Assembly: GCA_951406725.2 (NCBI GenBank)
Contig: OX597835.1
Location: 14,508,001 to 14,572,000 of the forward strand
Source of the DNA: Octopus vulgaris
Taxonomy: Eukaryota
Length of the DNA: 64,000 nucleotides
Reading direction: 5' to 3'
In this document: positions 14,229 to 27,808 of the stretch, one piece after another
How the letters are laid out: the number at the start of each line of letters is the position of its first letter
Numbering within the stretch: the first letter of the stretch is position 1
The notes under the pieces: model-generated
Told to the model about the DNA's origin: nothing
Seen by the model: the letters and a program-made list of their open reading frames with translations, nothing else
The model's database searches: none
Program-made: the position numbers and the translations under genes

Positions 14229-14593
14229 TCGTTTACTCTTTTACTTGTTTCAGTCATTTGACTGCGGCCATGCTGGAGCACCGCCTTTAATCGAGCAACC
14301 CGACCCCGGTACTTATTCTTTTTGTAAGCCCAGTACTTATTCTATCGGTCTCTTTTTGCCGAACCGCTAAGTAACGGGGACATAAATACACCAGCATCGG
14401 TTGTCAAGCAATGCTAGGGGGACAAACACAGACACACAAACACACACACGCATATATATACATATATACGACGGGCTTCTTTCAGTTTCCGTCTACCAAA
14501 TCCACTCACAAGGCTTTGGTCGGCCCGGGGCTATAGCAGAAGACACTTGCCCAAGGTGCCACGCAGTGGGACTGAACCCGGAACCATGTGGTT
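14229..14593 (-). mobile_element. SINE family B
   Basis: Reverse complement of the family B sequence, lacking the extreme 5' end. Confidence 0.85.
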
Positions 14594-14595
14594 CT

Positions 14596-14660
<65 letters not shown>

Positions 14661-14664
<4 letters not shown>

Positions 14665-14875
14665 ATTGGATGCGGAAAAGTTCCTGGCTTGAGGTAAAAG
14701 AAAACACAGGTGGATCAGTTAATTATGATTTTATTGAACATATTCCCCTCTCAGATTCACACACTGCAGTGGTTTTTCAGTTTTTCTAAGCCCTGTAAAA
14801 GAACTCGGAAAGCAGGGCTTCCAACCAGGCCTTTCGCAATACCCTTAAAACCAGGAACTTTTCACTACCCTAGTA
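14661..14875. mobile_element. Mariner-type MITE
   Basis: Imperfect terminal inverted repeats GAAAAGTTCCTGGCTT (left) and AAACCAGGAACTTTTC (right), ending ...CCCTAGTA in a TA context. No coding capacity. Confidence 0.6.
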
Positions 14876-14877
14876 TG

Positions 14878-14946
<69 letters not shown>

Positions 14947-14949
<3 letters not shown>

Positions 14950-15149
14950 GTTAATCCAAACAAGAAAACACAGAAAAAAACACAGCAACGCGAGGACGTG
15001 GAACAATTAAAGTATTATTTGACGCTCAGGAAAGAAGGAAGGAGGGTTTAACGTTTCGAGCGGAGCTCTTCGTCGGAAACAAGGAGAAGGAAAGATCCCG
15101 AGAAGGGAAGACAGAGGAAAAAAATATTTTTGCTGGTGGTGCTAGGGAG
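14947..15149 (-). mobile_element. (TA)n-embedded short element with hammerhead-like motif (Penelope pLTR-like); truncated second copy at about 62697-62790
   Basis: Flanked by TA tracts. Minus strand 15080-15046 reads GUUU-CCGACGA-A-GAGC(UCC)GCUC-GAAACGUU-AAAC. The end TAGTTAATCCAAACA.GAAAACACA recurs at 62697. Confidence 0.6.
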
Positions 15150-15182
15150 ATATATACATAAATATATACATACATATACATG

Positions 15183-15257
<75 letters not shown>

Positions 15258-17368
15258 ATACATGTATACATACACATACACACGCACACATACATACGTA
15301 TATACATTCATACATATGTACACACACACACATATACACCTACGCGCTCGCGCATGTACTCATTCACCTCCGTCTGTTCATCACCATTGTGTCAATATTT
15401 CTGAGTTTGAAGCGAAGAAAGATGAAAGTTAACAACAACTACCTTAGTTTTGTGGTTTGAGGTTTAGAAAACGTTTTTTTTTTTTTTTTTTTTTGGCCTT
15501 TTCTGATCCCGAGAGCAGAGAAGGGTAGAATAACAAAACCATTCTTCCGATCAACGAAGGAGTGGAACAAAAATATATTCTTTCTGTGAACGACTTCTTT
15601 AAAGACAAATATTCCAGTTGATAACCTCTCGGCTGGAGTTTAGTTTAATGACTTTTGAAGAATATAACCCTTTGATTCTTTTACTCTTCTGCTTGTTTTA
15701 ATCACTGAACTGGGGCCATGCTTGAGCACTACCTCTTTTTATTTTCCAGAAGCGGGCCGCATGGGACATGGCTCATCGTCAGGCATCCGCTCTGCTAAAG
15801 AGAAATTCAAGATAATTTTTTGTTGGATGTGCCATTCAAAAAGTCCTGCGTGCCGCAGTTTTGGCCATGACATGTTTAGTCGAGCAAACCGATCTCAGTA
15901 CATATTCCCTGGCACTTATCCCGTTGGTTTCCCTGTTGTTGAATGGCTGCGGTACAAGGTCATAAACAAACCAGCAGCGGTTCTCAAGTGGTGGCGATGG
16001 TGGTGGTGGCGGCGGCGGCGGTCAAATATAGCATAAAGACACACTAGACACACTACACATTCATATATATGCAGACGCACAAATGCACACACACATGCAT
16101 ATGTGTGTATTTGTGTGAGCGTGTGTGAGTGTGTGTGTATGTGTGTATGTGTGTCTGTGTGTGTGCGCGCGTGTGTATGCTTGTATGCTTGCACGATGAT
16201 CTTCTTCACAGTTTCCATTTATCAAATTCTCTCACAAAGCTTAGGGTGGATTGAACCTGAGAGCATGTGGTTACGAAGCGAAGACCTTAACCGTGCAGCC
16301 AAGACTGCAACGTGAGGGAGGGAAAGAGTCTCTTGCGATACCGTTTCACGGTGTGGTGAATCCCTCCTCAGAGAAGACCTAATGGTATTACATTGCGTAC
16401 AATTACAAAATTGCATTTTTTAATCATGATTTATAGAAGCTCTTCTATTTTATTTCCTGGATAAAACGTGCTTAGGAAAGCAAACTAACCAATTTCTGAA
16501 AATCTAATTCCTGTCAAAATAAACTCTACAGTGAAAATAATTGTTCAAGGCTGTTATCTGTACTCTGATTATAATTATAATCATAAAAGTGTATTTATTG
16601 AATTATTTGCAGATAATTATTAAATATTGATATAAATTTTCAATTTTGTAGGCTTGAATTAAGTTGATCCCTGACTTTTAGACCCGCATTCTACCGTTTA
16701 AGTTCTCATGCTGTTTTAATTACGAATAATTAAATGTTAATCAACTTTACGGCTTTGATGTGCAGAGTATCATAAGACCACATGGAGAGACTCGTTGAAC
16801 AGTGCCTCCGATTAAGCGCTAACAAAGTGATTTATATTCTGATTGTTGTCATTTTACTTTACGGCTATTTACCAATACCCTAAGGAAGGCAGAAAGGCAA
16901 GGCTTTTCAGCTCCCGAATAAGGGTTTCATATGTTGTTTCATTGAGAAAATACTTATAGAAAAGTTACGACTGTCACTCGCAAGTGGCTGTGACTGATAG
17001 CTAGTTTTCTTTATTATTTTTTATCCTTAAGTTTCTCTGTAGATGTAAGCTGACATACGTAACCTCTTGACCGTTCCAAACTTGTCCCAGCCTATATCGA
17101 CAGAAAAGAGAGCTGTACCAGGAGAGAGCTGGCGTTTATTTTCAAACGATAAGACTGGGACACCGTGAAATGAAGAACCTTGCTCAAGGATAAAATGTAC
17201 TGCTCAGTTCAGGAATCGGCCCTTAGACCTTATAATCATGAGGCCCAAATCCTTAAGAACTACGCCACGTTGTTGTTAGGATATTTACTGAAAATTATAG
17301 ATTTTGGCTGGAGTATGAAAAAGATTCAGCAATAAACAGATACTTCAATATTTATTGATATTTTTTAA

Positions 17369-17990
17369 GGCAGCAAGATGGCAGAAACGTTAGCACGCCG
17401 GGCGAAATGCTTAGCAGTATTTCGTCTTTCATCCGTCTTTACGTTCTGCGTTCAAATTCCGCCGAGGTCGACTTTGCCTTTCATCCTTTCCGGGTCGATA
17501 AATTAAGTACCAGTTGCGTACTGGGGTCGATCTACTCAGCTGGCCCCCTGCCCGCCAAATTTTGGGTCTTGTACCTAGAGTAGAAAGTAATTTTTATTGA
17601 TTTTTTAAGACGGCGAGCTGGCAGAAACGTTAGCACGCCGGGCGAAATGCGTAGCCGTATTTCGTCTGCCGTTACGCTCTGAGTTCAAATTCCGCCGAGG
17701 TCGACTTTGCCTTTCATCCTTTCGGGGTCGATTAAATAAGTACCAGTTACGCACTGGGGTCGATATAATCGACTTAATCCGTTTGTCTGTCCTTGTTCGT
17801 CCCTTCTGTGTTTAGCCCCTTGTGGGTAATATAGAAATAGGTATTTCGTCTGTCCTTACGTTCTGAGTTCAAATTCCGCCGAGGTCGACTTTGCCTTTCA
17901 TCCTTTCGGGGTCGATAAATTAAGTACTAGTTGCATACTGGGGTAGATCTAATCGACTGCCCCTCTCCCCAAAAATAGAGTAGAAAAGAA
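17369..17990 (+). mobile_element. Two adjacent SINE family C copies (17369-17590 and 17611-17990)
   Basis: Two heads GGC.GC.AG.TGGCAGAAACGTTAGCACGCCGGGCGAAATGC. The second copy has an internal duplication. Confidence 0.85.
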
Positions 17991-19169
17991 TTATTTCCGA
18001 TGTTCTAACGATGCCGCAAACTCGCTGTTTTTATACGGTTTATAATTTAGACGAAAGGCCGACTGTGTTTCGAGGCGGGGGTAATTCAATACGATCACCC
18101 CCGGAACGTGGTTGATGCTTTATTTTATCGACCCCGAAAGGATGAAAGATTAAAGGTAAATGTGGACCCGAAAGAATGAGATCTCAGGACGCTAAAAGAG
18201 AACGAAAATTTCAAGGCATTATTCCCGATGCTCTGTCGATTCTGCCGGCTCGTTTTAGGCTTTCGAATTTAGACAGAATGCCATCAATTTGAAGAGAACG
18301 GGTAAGTTGATATTGAGACCGATAGAATAAGTACTAGGCTTACAAAGAATAAGTCCTGGGGGTCGATTTGCTCGACTAAAGGCGGTGCTGCAGCATGGCC
18401 GCAGTCGAATGACTGAAACAAGTAAAAGAGTAAAGAGGGAGTAACACTTTCGTTGTAATGTCTTCCGTGAGCTCCAGGCGTACGATCTATGGCGATGACA
18501 ACGACGAAGACGACCTCTTAGCCACATTGTATATTATTGGGTTTTGTAATAACTGATTTGCATGCAAAGCCTAGAAGGGCTGGTACTTTATTTTATCGAC
18601 TCTGTAATATAAAAAAAGGAAATTTGAACCTGGCAGGACTAGAACGCAGTACACAAAGATCCAGAGCAAATTCCGTAATACATCTTGCCTGACACTCTAA
18701 CGAAACAGCCAACCGATAACAACAGTTTGATGTAAAAAAAACGTGCTGTCGCTGTTCACAAATATTTGACTAATTCTTATCTCAAATTTGCTAATGTAGG
18801 AAATTTACTAATGTAAAATTATAGTAAAACAAGTGAAATTAGTATTAATCGGAAGTAGTTACGCCTGTCCACAGGAAATGCTATAATGCTTCAAACGTAA
18901 ATAAATATTTATTTCAATAAATTGTTGAGCTGCGTACGTGTATATGGATTAACGTTTTCGATAATACACTTATCTCTCGCTTTATACAAGACAGTGATTA
19001 CTGATGGAAATCGAAAATAGATACGTGCAACATCGCTTTTATTTCGAGTAGAATATTTTAGAAAATAAATAATGCGATTCTCTCATTATTAATTCATTTC
19101 CACACACACACACACATACAAACTCATCAATTCCTAGAATCTATCATTCCTTGTCCAGCTCCTTAACAT

Positions 19170-19236
<67 letters not shown>

Positions 19237-19385
19237 TCTCTCTCATCGCCACCAGCTGCTTCGTCAACAACAACATCCTTAGCAAATGCATTCTTTATTT
19301 CTACATCTTTGACTTAATTTATGTTACCTGTGTACGAGTGTGTATACGTGGGTGCGTTTGTGTAAGAAAGTCAGCAAACATCTAA

Positions 19386-19436
<51 letters not shown>

Positions 19437-19538
19437 CATGTATATATATATGCATTTATATACATGCATAGCTTTATATTTATATATATGTATATATACG
19501 TATATATAAATGCCTGTATACATGCTTACATATATAAT

Positions 19539-19579
<41 letters not shown>

Positions 19580-19696
19580 ATACATTTATATACAAATATA
19601 TTCATATATGTATGTATATATGTATAAATATGTTTATGTATATGTGCATATAAATATATATATATATATATATACGTTTGCATATATATGTGTGTA

Positions 19697-19730
<34 letters not shown>

Positions 19731-19809
19731 AACCTACACATACAATTTTCTTTCTAATATTACTTGTATATGTTTCAACAAACGTGGTGGTAATGGTAGT
19801 AGTAGTAGT

Positions 19810-19901
<92 letters not shown>

Positions 19902-20237
19902 CATCAAGCAGCTACATGTAAGTACATCCAGTGTTTCTCTTCAATAAAATAACGAAAAGCCATATTGAGATGCTGTCAGTGACATGAGAGAGAGAAACAT
20001 TTCGATGAAGAAGAAGAAGACCAAAAAAAAATTTGTCAGTAAAATCCAATTAGCAAATGTAATCACGAAAGGAGACCGTAATTACATCTGTCAGAGTCGT
20101 CTATGATGAAATTGTTTTAGCGGGAAAATGAACGATTTCGTACAGTGTGTTTGTTATGTGTCTCTGTACGTATGTATGGATATGCATGCATGTTTATTTA
20201 TGTATATATATATATATATATATATATAAATATATAA

Positions 20238-20302
<65 letters not shown>

Positions 20303-20458
20303 TACAAATAAAAGTATATGTATTTATATATATATATGTATGTATATATATATATATAAATATACAAATATATATATCTATATATAGATATAAAATATAT
20401 TATATATATGTAAAGTATATAATACACACGCACACACACTCATATTGACACACACAAA

Positions 20459-20505
<47 letters not shown>

Positions 20506-20582
20506 ATAAGACATACATGTATATCATACGTAATATATATGAATATATATGTAAATGGTAACGTATATATGTTAGGGTATTG

Positions 20583-20616
<34 letters not shown>

Positions 20617-20650
20617 TATATACGCACGTAAATGCATACATACGCAGATG

Positions 20651-20706
<56 letters not shown>

Positions 20707-20976
20707 TGTGTGTGTGTGTGTACAGATAAATGCATACATAGACATATGTATATATGGAGGTGTATGAATATGTGCGCATATATGCATGTACATATGTGTA
20801 TGTGTTTGCAAGTGTGTGTGTATCTATGTGTTTTTAAGTATATTATTAATAGAAAACGGATTTTCTTTTCGTTTTATGATAGAGAAAACATTACCACATT
20901 GGAGTTTTAGCATTTTTCCAACAAGGTTTTGTAACTTTCAAACACACACACACAAACACACACGCACACACACACA

Positions 20977-21026
<50 letters not shown>

Positions 21027-21286
21027 CACACACAAATGCGCAGTCTCACACAAACCTGCATAGAAAAGTCACAAACACAAATATGTGTTGTATGTTTACG
21101 CTCGCACTTATATAGAGACATTTGGTCGAGAATCCATCTTTCTGTCTGTCTATCAGTCTATGTATGTATGTAGTTATTTATCTAGATACATATATATATA
21201 TATATGCATTAGCACATGTATATATATATATATATATACATATACTCACATATATGCATACATATATGTAAGCATGTAGATATACC

Positions 21287-21336
<50 letters not shown>

Positions 21337-22126
21337 CAAAGACTAATAGATGGATAAAGATAGACAGATGCATACATACATACACACACACACTCATACA
21401 TACTTCCGAGCATCCATTCATACACACATGCGTACATACATACATATATATGCTTACATCATACATACATACATACATACATACATACATACATACCTGC
21501 TACATACATACATACATACATACATACATACATACATACACAGGTTGTATTCTGAAAGTTTCCCTGAAACGGTTAATTTTTTTTTTCTTCCATCATTTCA
21601 ACGTCTGCGACATCCAACATCATAAGAAAAACTGCTGCATGCGAAATTATAGTTGTTTTATCGGTAGGTGCTGTGGCACCGTTACTTTTACAATTGCAGA
21701 AAAAAGCACCATAAAATGGAAACGAAGAGACATAAACCAATTTCTTCTCGAAAAATGCAGTATATATATGTATGTATGCTCATATATATATATATGCATA
21801 TACGTTCTTAGATATATATGCCTGTATGCATGTATGTCATGTATACCTGTATGTGTGTTTGGATGTGTGTGTATATGTATGTGTATATGTATAGATGGCT
21901 ATTTCTTTGGCGTTTACTTTCCCACTTTAGTTTCTAATAAAGTGCCAATGCTCTTTCCTTTAAATCAAGACATCTCGTAGGGTTTTTCGTTAACCAAATT
22001 ACATGGTGTGTGTATGTACACCAAGCTTACATATATATATAAAATAATTGTCACATATTATTTTACAGATAAATTTCCTCTATCTACATAATATTGAGGT
22101 TTCTTTCTTTCTTTTGTTATCTTACC

Positions 22127-22181
<55 letters not shown>

Positions 22182-22334
22182 TTCAGCAAAAATTTAGATT
22201 CGAATGAATATGGTACTTAATTTAGATGCACCAGAATTCTGTATGGTGTTATCCATAAAAATTTGTGGGGTGATTATAATCAAAATAAGCAACAAGAATG
22301 ACTCCGGTAATTTGGTACAATCGTTTCGTACTAC

Positions 22335-22362
<28 letters not shown>

Positions 22363-22371
<9 letters not shown>

Positions 22372-22740
22372 TAAAAGGAATTCCAACCTTGTCTGATTTT
22401 CACGTTTTATTTACAATCTTATAATGATATATTATAAGATAATATATTATAATTGAATAAAATAAAATGAAATAGTAGAATGTTAAATGTTCATTCTGAT
22501 TGAACTAGTACTTTCATGCATTGAATTCTGCAATCTTCGGGTTCATGTAGTAATGGTGACAGTCATGCTTCACAATTTTCAATGCATGAAAGTACTAGTT
22601 CAATCAGAATGAACATTTAACATTCTACTATTTCATTTCATTTTATTCAATTATAATATATTATCTTATAATATATCATTACAAGATTGTAAATAAAACG
22701 TGAAAATCAGACAAGGTTGGAATTCCTTTTATTAATATAT
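22363..22740. repeat. Long inverted repeat: 163-bp arms, 52-nt spacer, about 2 mismatches
   Basis: 22363-22525 is the reverse complement of 22578-22740. Confidence 0.92.
22501..22545 (-). ncRNA. Minimal type-I hammerhead-like motif (U4C core variant)
   Basis: UGAAC-CCGAAGA-U-UGCA(GAAUUCAA)UGCA-U-GAA-AGUACU-A-GUUCA. Helix I is UGAAC/GUUCA, helix II is UGCA/UGCA and helix III is the palindrome AGUACU. Confidence 0.6.
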
Positions 22741-22764
22741 TCTTCTATACACAATCACACACAC

Positions 22765-22832
<68 letters not shown>

Positions 22833-22837
<5 letters not shown>

Positions 22838-23139
22838 AATCAAGGAACGGCCATAATAGGCCATTCACCCACTAGAAATAACAGCCAAAAGCTTCAACCG
22901 CAAAATAACATCAATTCCGTAAACCAGGAGAAAATTAAAAAAACATTTACCCTGTAAATGTTTTTTTTAATTTTTTTAATTTTTTTAAAATTTTTAATTT
23001 AAAAAATTTTTTTTTAAATTTTTTTTTAATTTTTTAATTTTCTCCTGGTTTACGGAATTGATGTTATTTTGCGGTTGAAGCTTTTGGCTGTTATTTCTAG
23101 TGGGTGAATGGCCTATTATGGCCGTTCCTTGATTGTGAT
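22833..23139. repeat. Long inverted repeat: about 110-bp arms around an A/T-rich centre
   Basis: ATCACAATCAAGGAACGGCC...CCAGGAGAAAATTAAAAA is mirrored by TTTTTAATTTTCTCCTGG...GGCCGTTCCTTGATTGTGAT. Confidence 0.92.
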
Positions 23140-23168
23140 GTTGAACTTTTTTTGCCACCCTATATTGA

Positions 23169-23229
<61 letters not shown>

Positions 23230-23684
23230 GTGTGTGTGTGTTTGCGTGTAAGTGTATATCTGTGTCTATGTGTGTGCATGTGGATAAATTTGCTGTCGTT
23301 TGGTGGGTTTGTATTCCGTTTTAGTGCACAAATATATGTGCTTCATCACTGACGATGTGTATGCGTGAGAAGTCCACATGCATATGTGAATGTGGCCATG
23401 CTCTTAAGCCTGGATTTGAAAATGAAGAACTGCAAACCATCAAAATGTGTTTCAAATTTTTCACCTTGGTTCTAATCAAGTGTGTCGTGGGGAGAAAGCG
23501 AATCATTTTGCTCTGTTCTTTTTCGATAAACTCTGCCCTTCTAGGCTTCTCATGCAAATCAGTTATTACAAAACCCAATAATATACAATGTGTGGCTAAT
23601 AGGTCGACGTCGTCGTTGTCGTCGTCGTCATATATCGTACGCCTGCAGCTCACTGAAGACATTACTACGAAAGTGTTACTCTCT

Positions 23685-24486
23685 CTCTCTTTACTCTTTT
23701 ACTTGTTTCAGTCATTTGACTGCGGCCATGATAGAGCACCGCCTTTAGTCGAACAAATCTACCCTGGGACTTATTCTTTGTAAGCCCAGTACTAATTCTG
23801 TCGGTCTCTTTTTGCCGAACCGCTAAGTTACGGGGACGTAAACACACCAGCGTCGGTTGTCAAGCGATGTTGGAGGACAAACACAGACATGCAAACACAC
23901 ACACACGCGTATATATACATATACATATATACGACGGGCTTCTTTTCAGTTTCCGTCTACCAAATCCACTCACAAGGCTTTGGTCGGCCCAAACTATAGT
24001 AGAAGACACTTGACCAAGGTGCTGCTAAGTTACGGGGACGTAAACACACCAGCATCGGTTGTCAAGCGATGTTGGGGGGACAAACACAGACACACAAACA
24101 CACACACAGACACATACATATAAATATATACGACGGGTTTCTTTTCAGTTTCCGTCTACCAAATCCACTCAGAAGGCTTTGGTCGGCCCGAGGCTATAGT
24201 AGAAGACACTTGACCAATGTGCTGCAAAGTTACGGGGACGTAAACACACCAGCATCGGTTATCAAGCGACTTTGGGGGAACAAACACAGGCACACAAACA
24301 CACATACACACACACACACACACGCACGTATATACATATAAATATATACAACGGGCTTCTTTTCAGTTTCCGTCTACCAAATCCATTCACAAGGCTTTGG
24401 TCGGCCCGAGGCTTTAATAGAAGACACTTGTTCAAGGTGCCGCGTGGTTGGTAAGCAAGCTACTTACCACACAGCTACTCCTGCGC
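23685..24486 (-). mobile_element. SINE family B with internal triplication of an approximately 200-bp segment
   Basis: AAGTTACGGGGACGTAAACACACCAGC...AGAAGACACTTG occurs three times (about 23825, 24027 and 24227). Confidence 0.85.
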
Positions 24487-24841
24487 CATGTGATGTATAT
24501 ATATATATATATATAGCCATACATGTATGTGTGTATATATGTATATATGGATAAATTGATAAGGTTTTTCATGAACTCAACGGTATCAACTGAAATATAG
24601 AAAAAACTGTAGAATTCGATAGGAAATTGGTAATATAATATGTATTTCAGCTGAAACATAATACAACTTGTACTGAGTTTCGTCTTTCAATTTGCTGGGA
24701 AGAGTCTAGTGTGTGTTTGTACACACACACACACACACACATATATATACATATACACACACACACATATATATATACATATACATATACACACATATAT
24801 ATATATCGCACGGAAGATATATATATATATATATGTGTGTG

Positions 24842-24874
<33 letters not shown>

Positions 24875-24925
24875 ATGTATATGTATATATATATGTGTGT
24901 GTATATATATGTATATATATATATA

Positions 24926-24966
<41 letters not shown>

Positions 24967-25011
24967 ATATATATATGTATATATATATGTGTGCATATAT
25001 ATGTATATATA

Positions 25012-25086
<75 letters not shown>

Positions 25087-25560
25087 GTATGCATGTATAT
25101 ATGTATATATGTATGTATATATGTGTGTATATATATATATGAATATATATACACATATATGTATTTATATATATATATGTATGAATATATATATGTATAT
25201 ATATATACATATATATTATGTATGTGTGTGTGTGTGTGTGTGTCTATGCGCGTGTACGTATGCGTGTATATGTGTGTGTGTGTGTGTGTGGTGAAACAAA
25301 GCAGATTGTGAGGGCATAGAAACTTTTGCTGAAACAAGATGAAAAGCGGTCTCCCAGTGGGATGTATTGTTATGATTACCTCCATATTATATGTCTGAGA
25401 AAATCCATTTGTCATCTGTCTTTGTAGCAGCACGCGTCGCTTTTCTTCCTGAGATCGTATTCATCCTTTCGCGAGCGCGCACTTAGTACTGCGCCTCTTT
25501 TATATCCGAGTCGGTTGGAAAGAGGACGTTCGTGTGGTTTGCTGTGATAACATATATATC

Positions 25561-25912
25561 CACACACGCATTCATGCACACAAGAAACGCGCATACACAG
25601 ACATGCACACGGACACAGATCCATCCATCAATCCATCCACACACGCATGCATACACACACACACAAACACGCATACACAGACATGCACACGGACACAGAT
25701 CCATCCATCAATCCATCCACACACGCATGCATGCACACACAAACACGCATACACAGACATGCACACGGACACAGATCCATCCATCAATCCATCCACACAC
25801 GCATGCATGCACACACAAACACGCATACACAGACATGCACACGGACACAGATCCATCCATCAATCCATCCACATGCACACGGACACAGATCCATCCATCA
25901 ATCCATCCATCC
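25561..25912. repeat. Minisatellite, about 76-80-bp unit, about 4.5 copies
   Basis: ACATGCACACGGACACAGATCCATCCATCAATCCATCC starts at 25601, 25681, 25757, 25833 and 25871. Confidence 0.9.
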
Positions 25913-26577
25913 ATACATACATGGTGGCTGCCCCCTCGTTATCGAGTATGGCCATTGCACGAAGCTTAATCAATGTTGTTATCGTGCAATGCCTGTGCAA
26001 AAATATTTTCTTTTAAAGTGAGGAAAGGCTGTGCAACTGAGTCAATCCCACTCACTAAGCAACAGCAGCCATAATCCGAAAAGAAGAATAATCCAACATC
26101 ATCGGTAACCACCGAGCCGCAGGTTTTATGTCGGAGTTATCCCAGTTACCTGAGTTACCTTCTCCTAGAAGGATGCCCTAACAAAGGCTAAGAGTCCTTC
26201 ACCCCCAATGTTTTAACCGCGCGATCGAGTATTCAGTCCGATTATTTCTATGTCCCCACGCATGATACAACCTTAAGACATTTATTGGATGGCCGTTGAC
26301 TCTCAAGAGTTCCTCCGCCCTTTGACGGGTTTTTGTTTTTCATCCCGCAGGGTGTCCAATAAACACCCTCCTCACCAAGCAAGCTTGGTGGGGTTGCCGG
26401 TTTAGTTGCCGACGACCCGACCATGCAACAGGTTGTACTGGGTTACATGTTACCAGTAGCACTCGAAAGTGACCTGACATAACATACATACATACATACA
26501 TACATACATGCATATTACATACATACATACATACATACACACATACATACATACAAATAATATATATATACATACAC

Positions 26578-26627
<50 letters not shown>

Positions 26628-26710
26628 GTATGTATGTATGTATGTATGTGTGTATGTATGTATGTATGTATGTATGTATGTATGTATGTATGTATCTATC
26701 TATCTATCTA

Positions 26711-26755
<45 letters not shown>

Positions 26756-26994
26756 ATGGGTACAGGATGTCACCAACAGTAAACAACTTGAAATACGAAA
26801 CCAGAAAGGAGAAAGTTGATTCTAAGACTACAGATCCAATTCATCATCAGAACCGTAAAAATCTGTAAAACTTTCCAGAAGTTTATAATTTAAATATATA
26901 TGAGCATGTCTAGATATGTAACTATATGCATGAGAATACATACATAAAACACGTACATACATACATGCATACATACATAATACGTACATACATA

Positions 26995-27290
26995 CAAAAA
27001 TACCCTGTTGTTGATGTTGATATTCAAATCAAGGAATCTTGGATCTAGGTTAGAAACCGGTTCTTTCTCCATTAGCAAGAAATCATGAAATAAACTGAAT
27101 AATGACATGCATACGTACATAATACATACATACATACGTGTATAAATGCATACATGCATACATGCAAACAAAAATATGCTGTTGTTGATGTTGAAATTCC
27201 AATGAATTTCCGACCTTGGATCTAGGTCGGAAACCAGTTCTTTCTCTATTGGCAAGAAATCTTGAAATAAACTGAATAAAGACATACATA
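26995..27290 (+). repeat. Tandem dimer (about 174-bp period) of a short element with a degenerate hammerhead-like motif
   Basis: CTGTTGTTGATGTTGA...TTGGATCTAGGT..GAAACC.GTTCTTTCTC...GAAATAAACTGAATAA occurs at 27005 and 27179. Confidence 0.75.
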
Positions 27291-27763
27291 CATTCATTCT
27301 TTCTTTCATTCCTCCATACATAAATATGTACAGAAATACATGGCATCGAAGTTAGTCACGAGAGCGCAGGTGACTAGTCATAATTGCATGCAATGTATAG
27401 TCTCTCCAAGACATTTGCAAGAAATGAAAATCTACGAAAAAAAAATATCTTTGAATAAATGGTGGTAGTGGTGGTAGTGGGAGGGGGGAATGTGAGCGGG
27501 AATTTTCTAGTTAGAAAAGATTTTTATCAGGAATAAAGCATTTATTTTAAACTTATAACTAGCTGTGTGGTAAGAAGCTTGTTTCCCAACCACATGGTTC
27601 CGGGTTCAGGCCCACTGCGTGGCTCTTTGGGTAAGTGTCTCCTACTATCGCCTCAGGCCGATCAAAGCCTTGTGAATGAATTTGATAGACGAAACTGAAA
27701 GAAGCTTGTCGTGTATGTATATATATATATATATATATGTGTGTATGTATGTATGTATGTATG

Positions 27764-27808
<45 letters not shown>

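Noticed and set aside
23321-23783. 113-aa and 142-aa ORFs
   Set aside because: They have non-ATG or weak starts, run into SINE sequence and show no recognisable motif.
26080-26480. Possible HDV-like ribozyme in a putative LINE 5' UTR-like segment
   Set aside because: CCCTCCTCAC resembles an L3 loop, but I could not build P3, P1 and P1.1 pairing in the required order.
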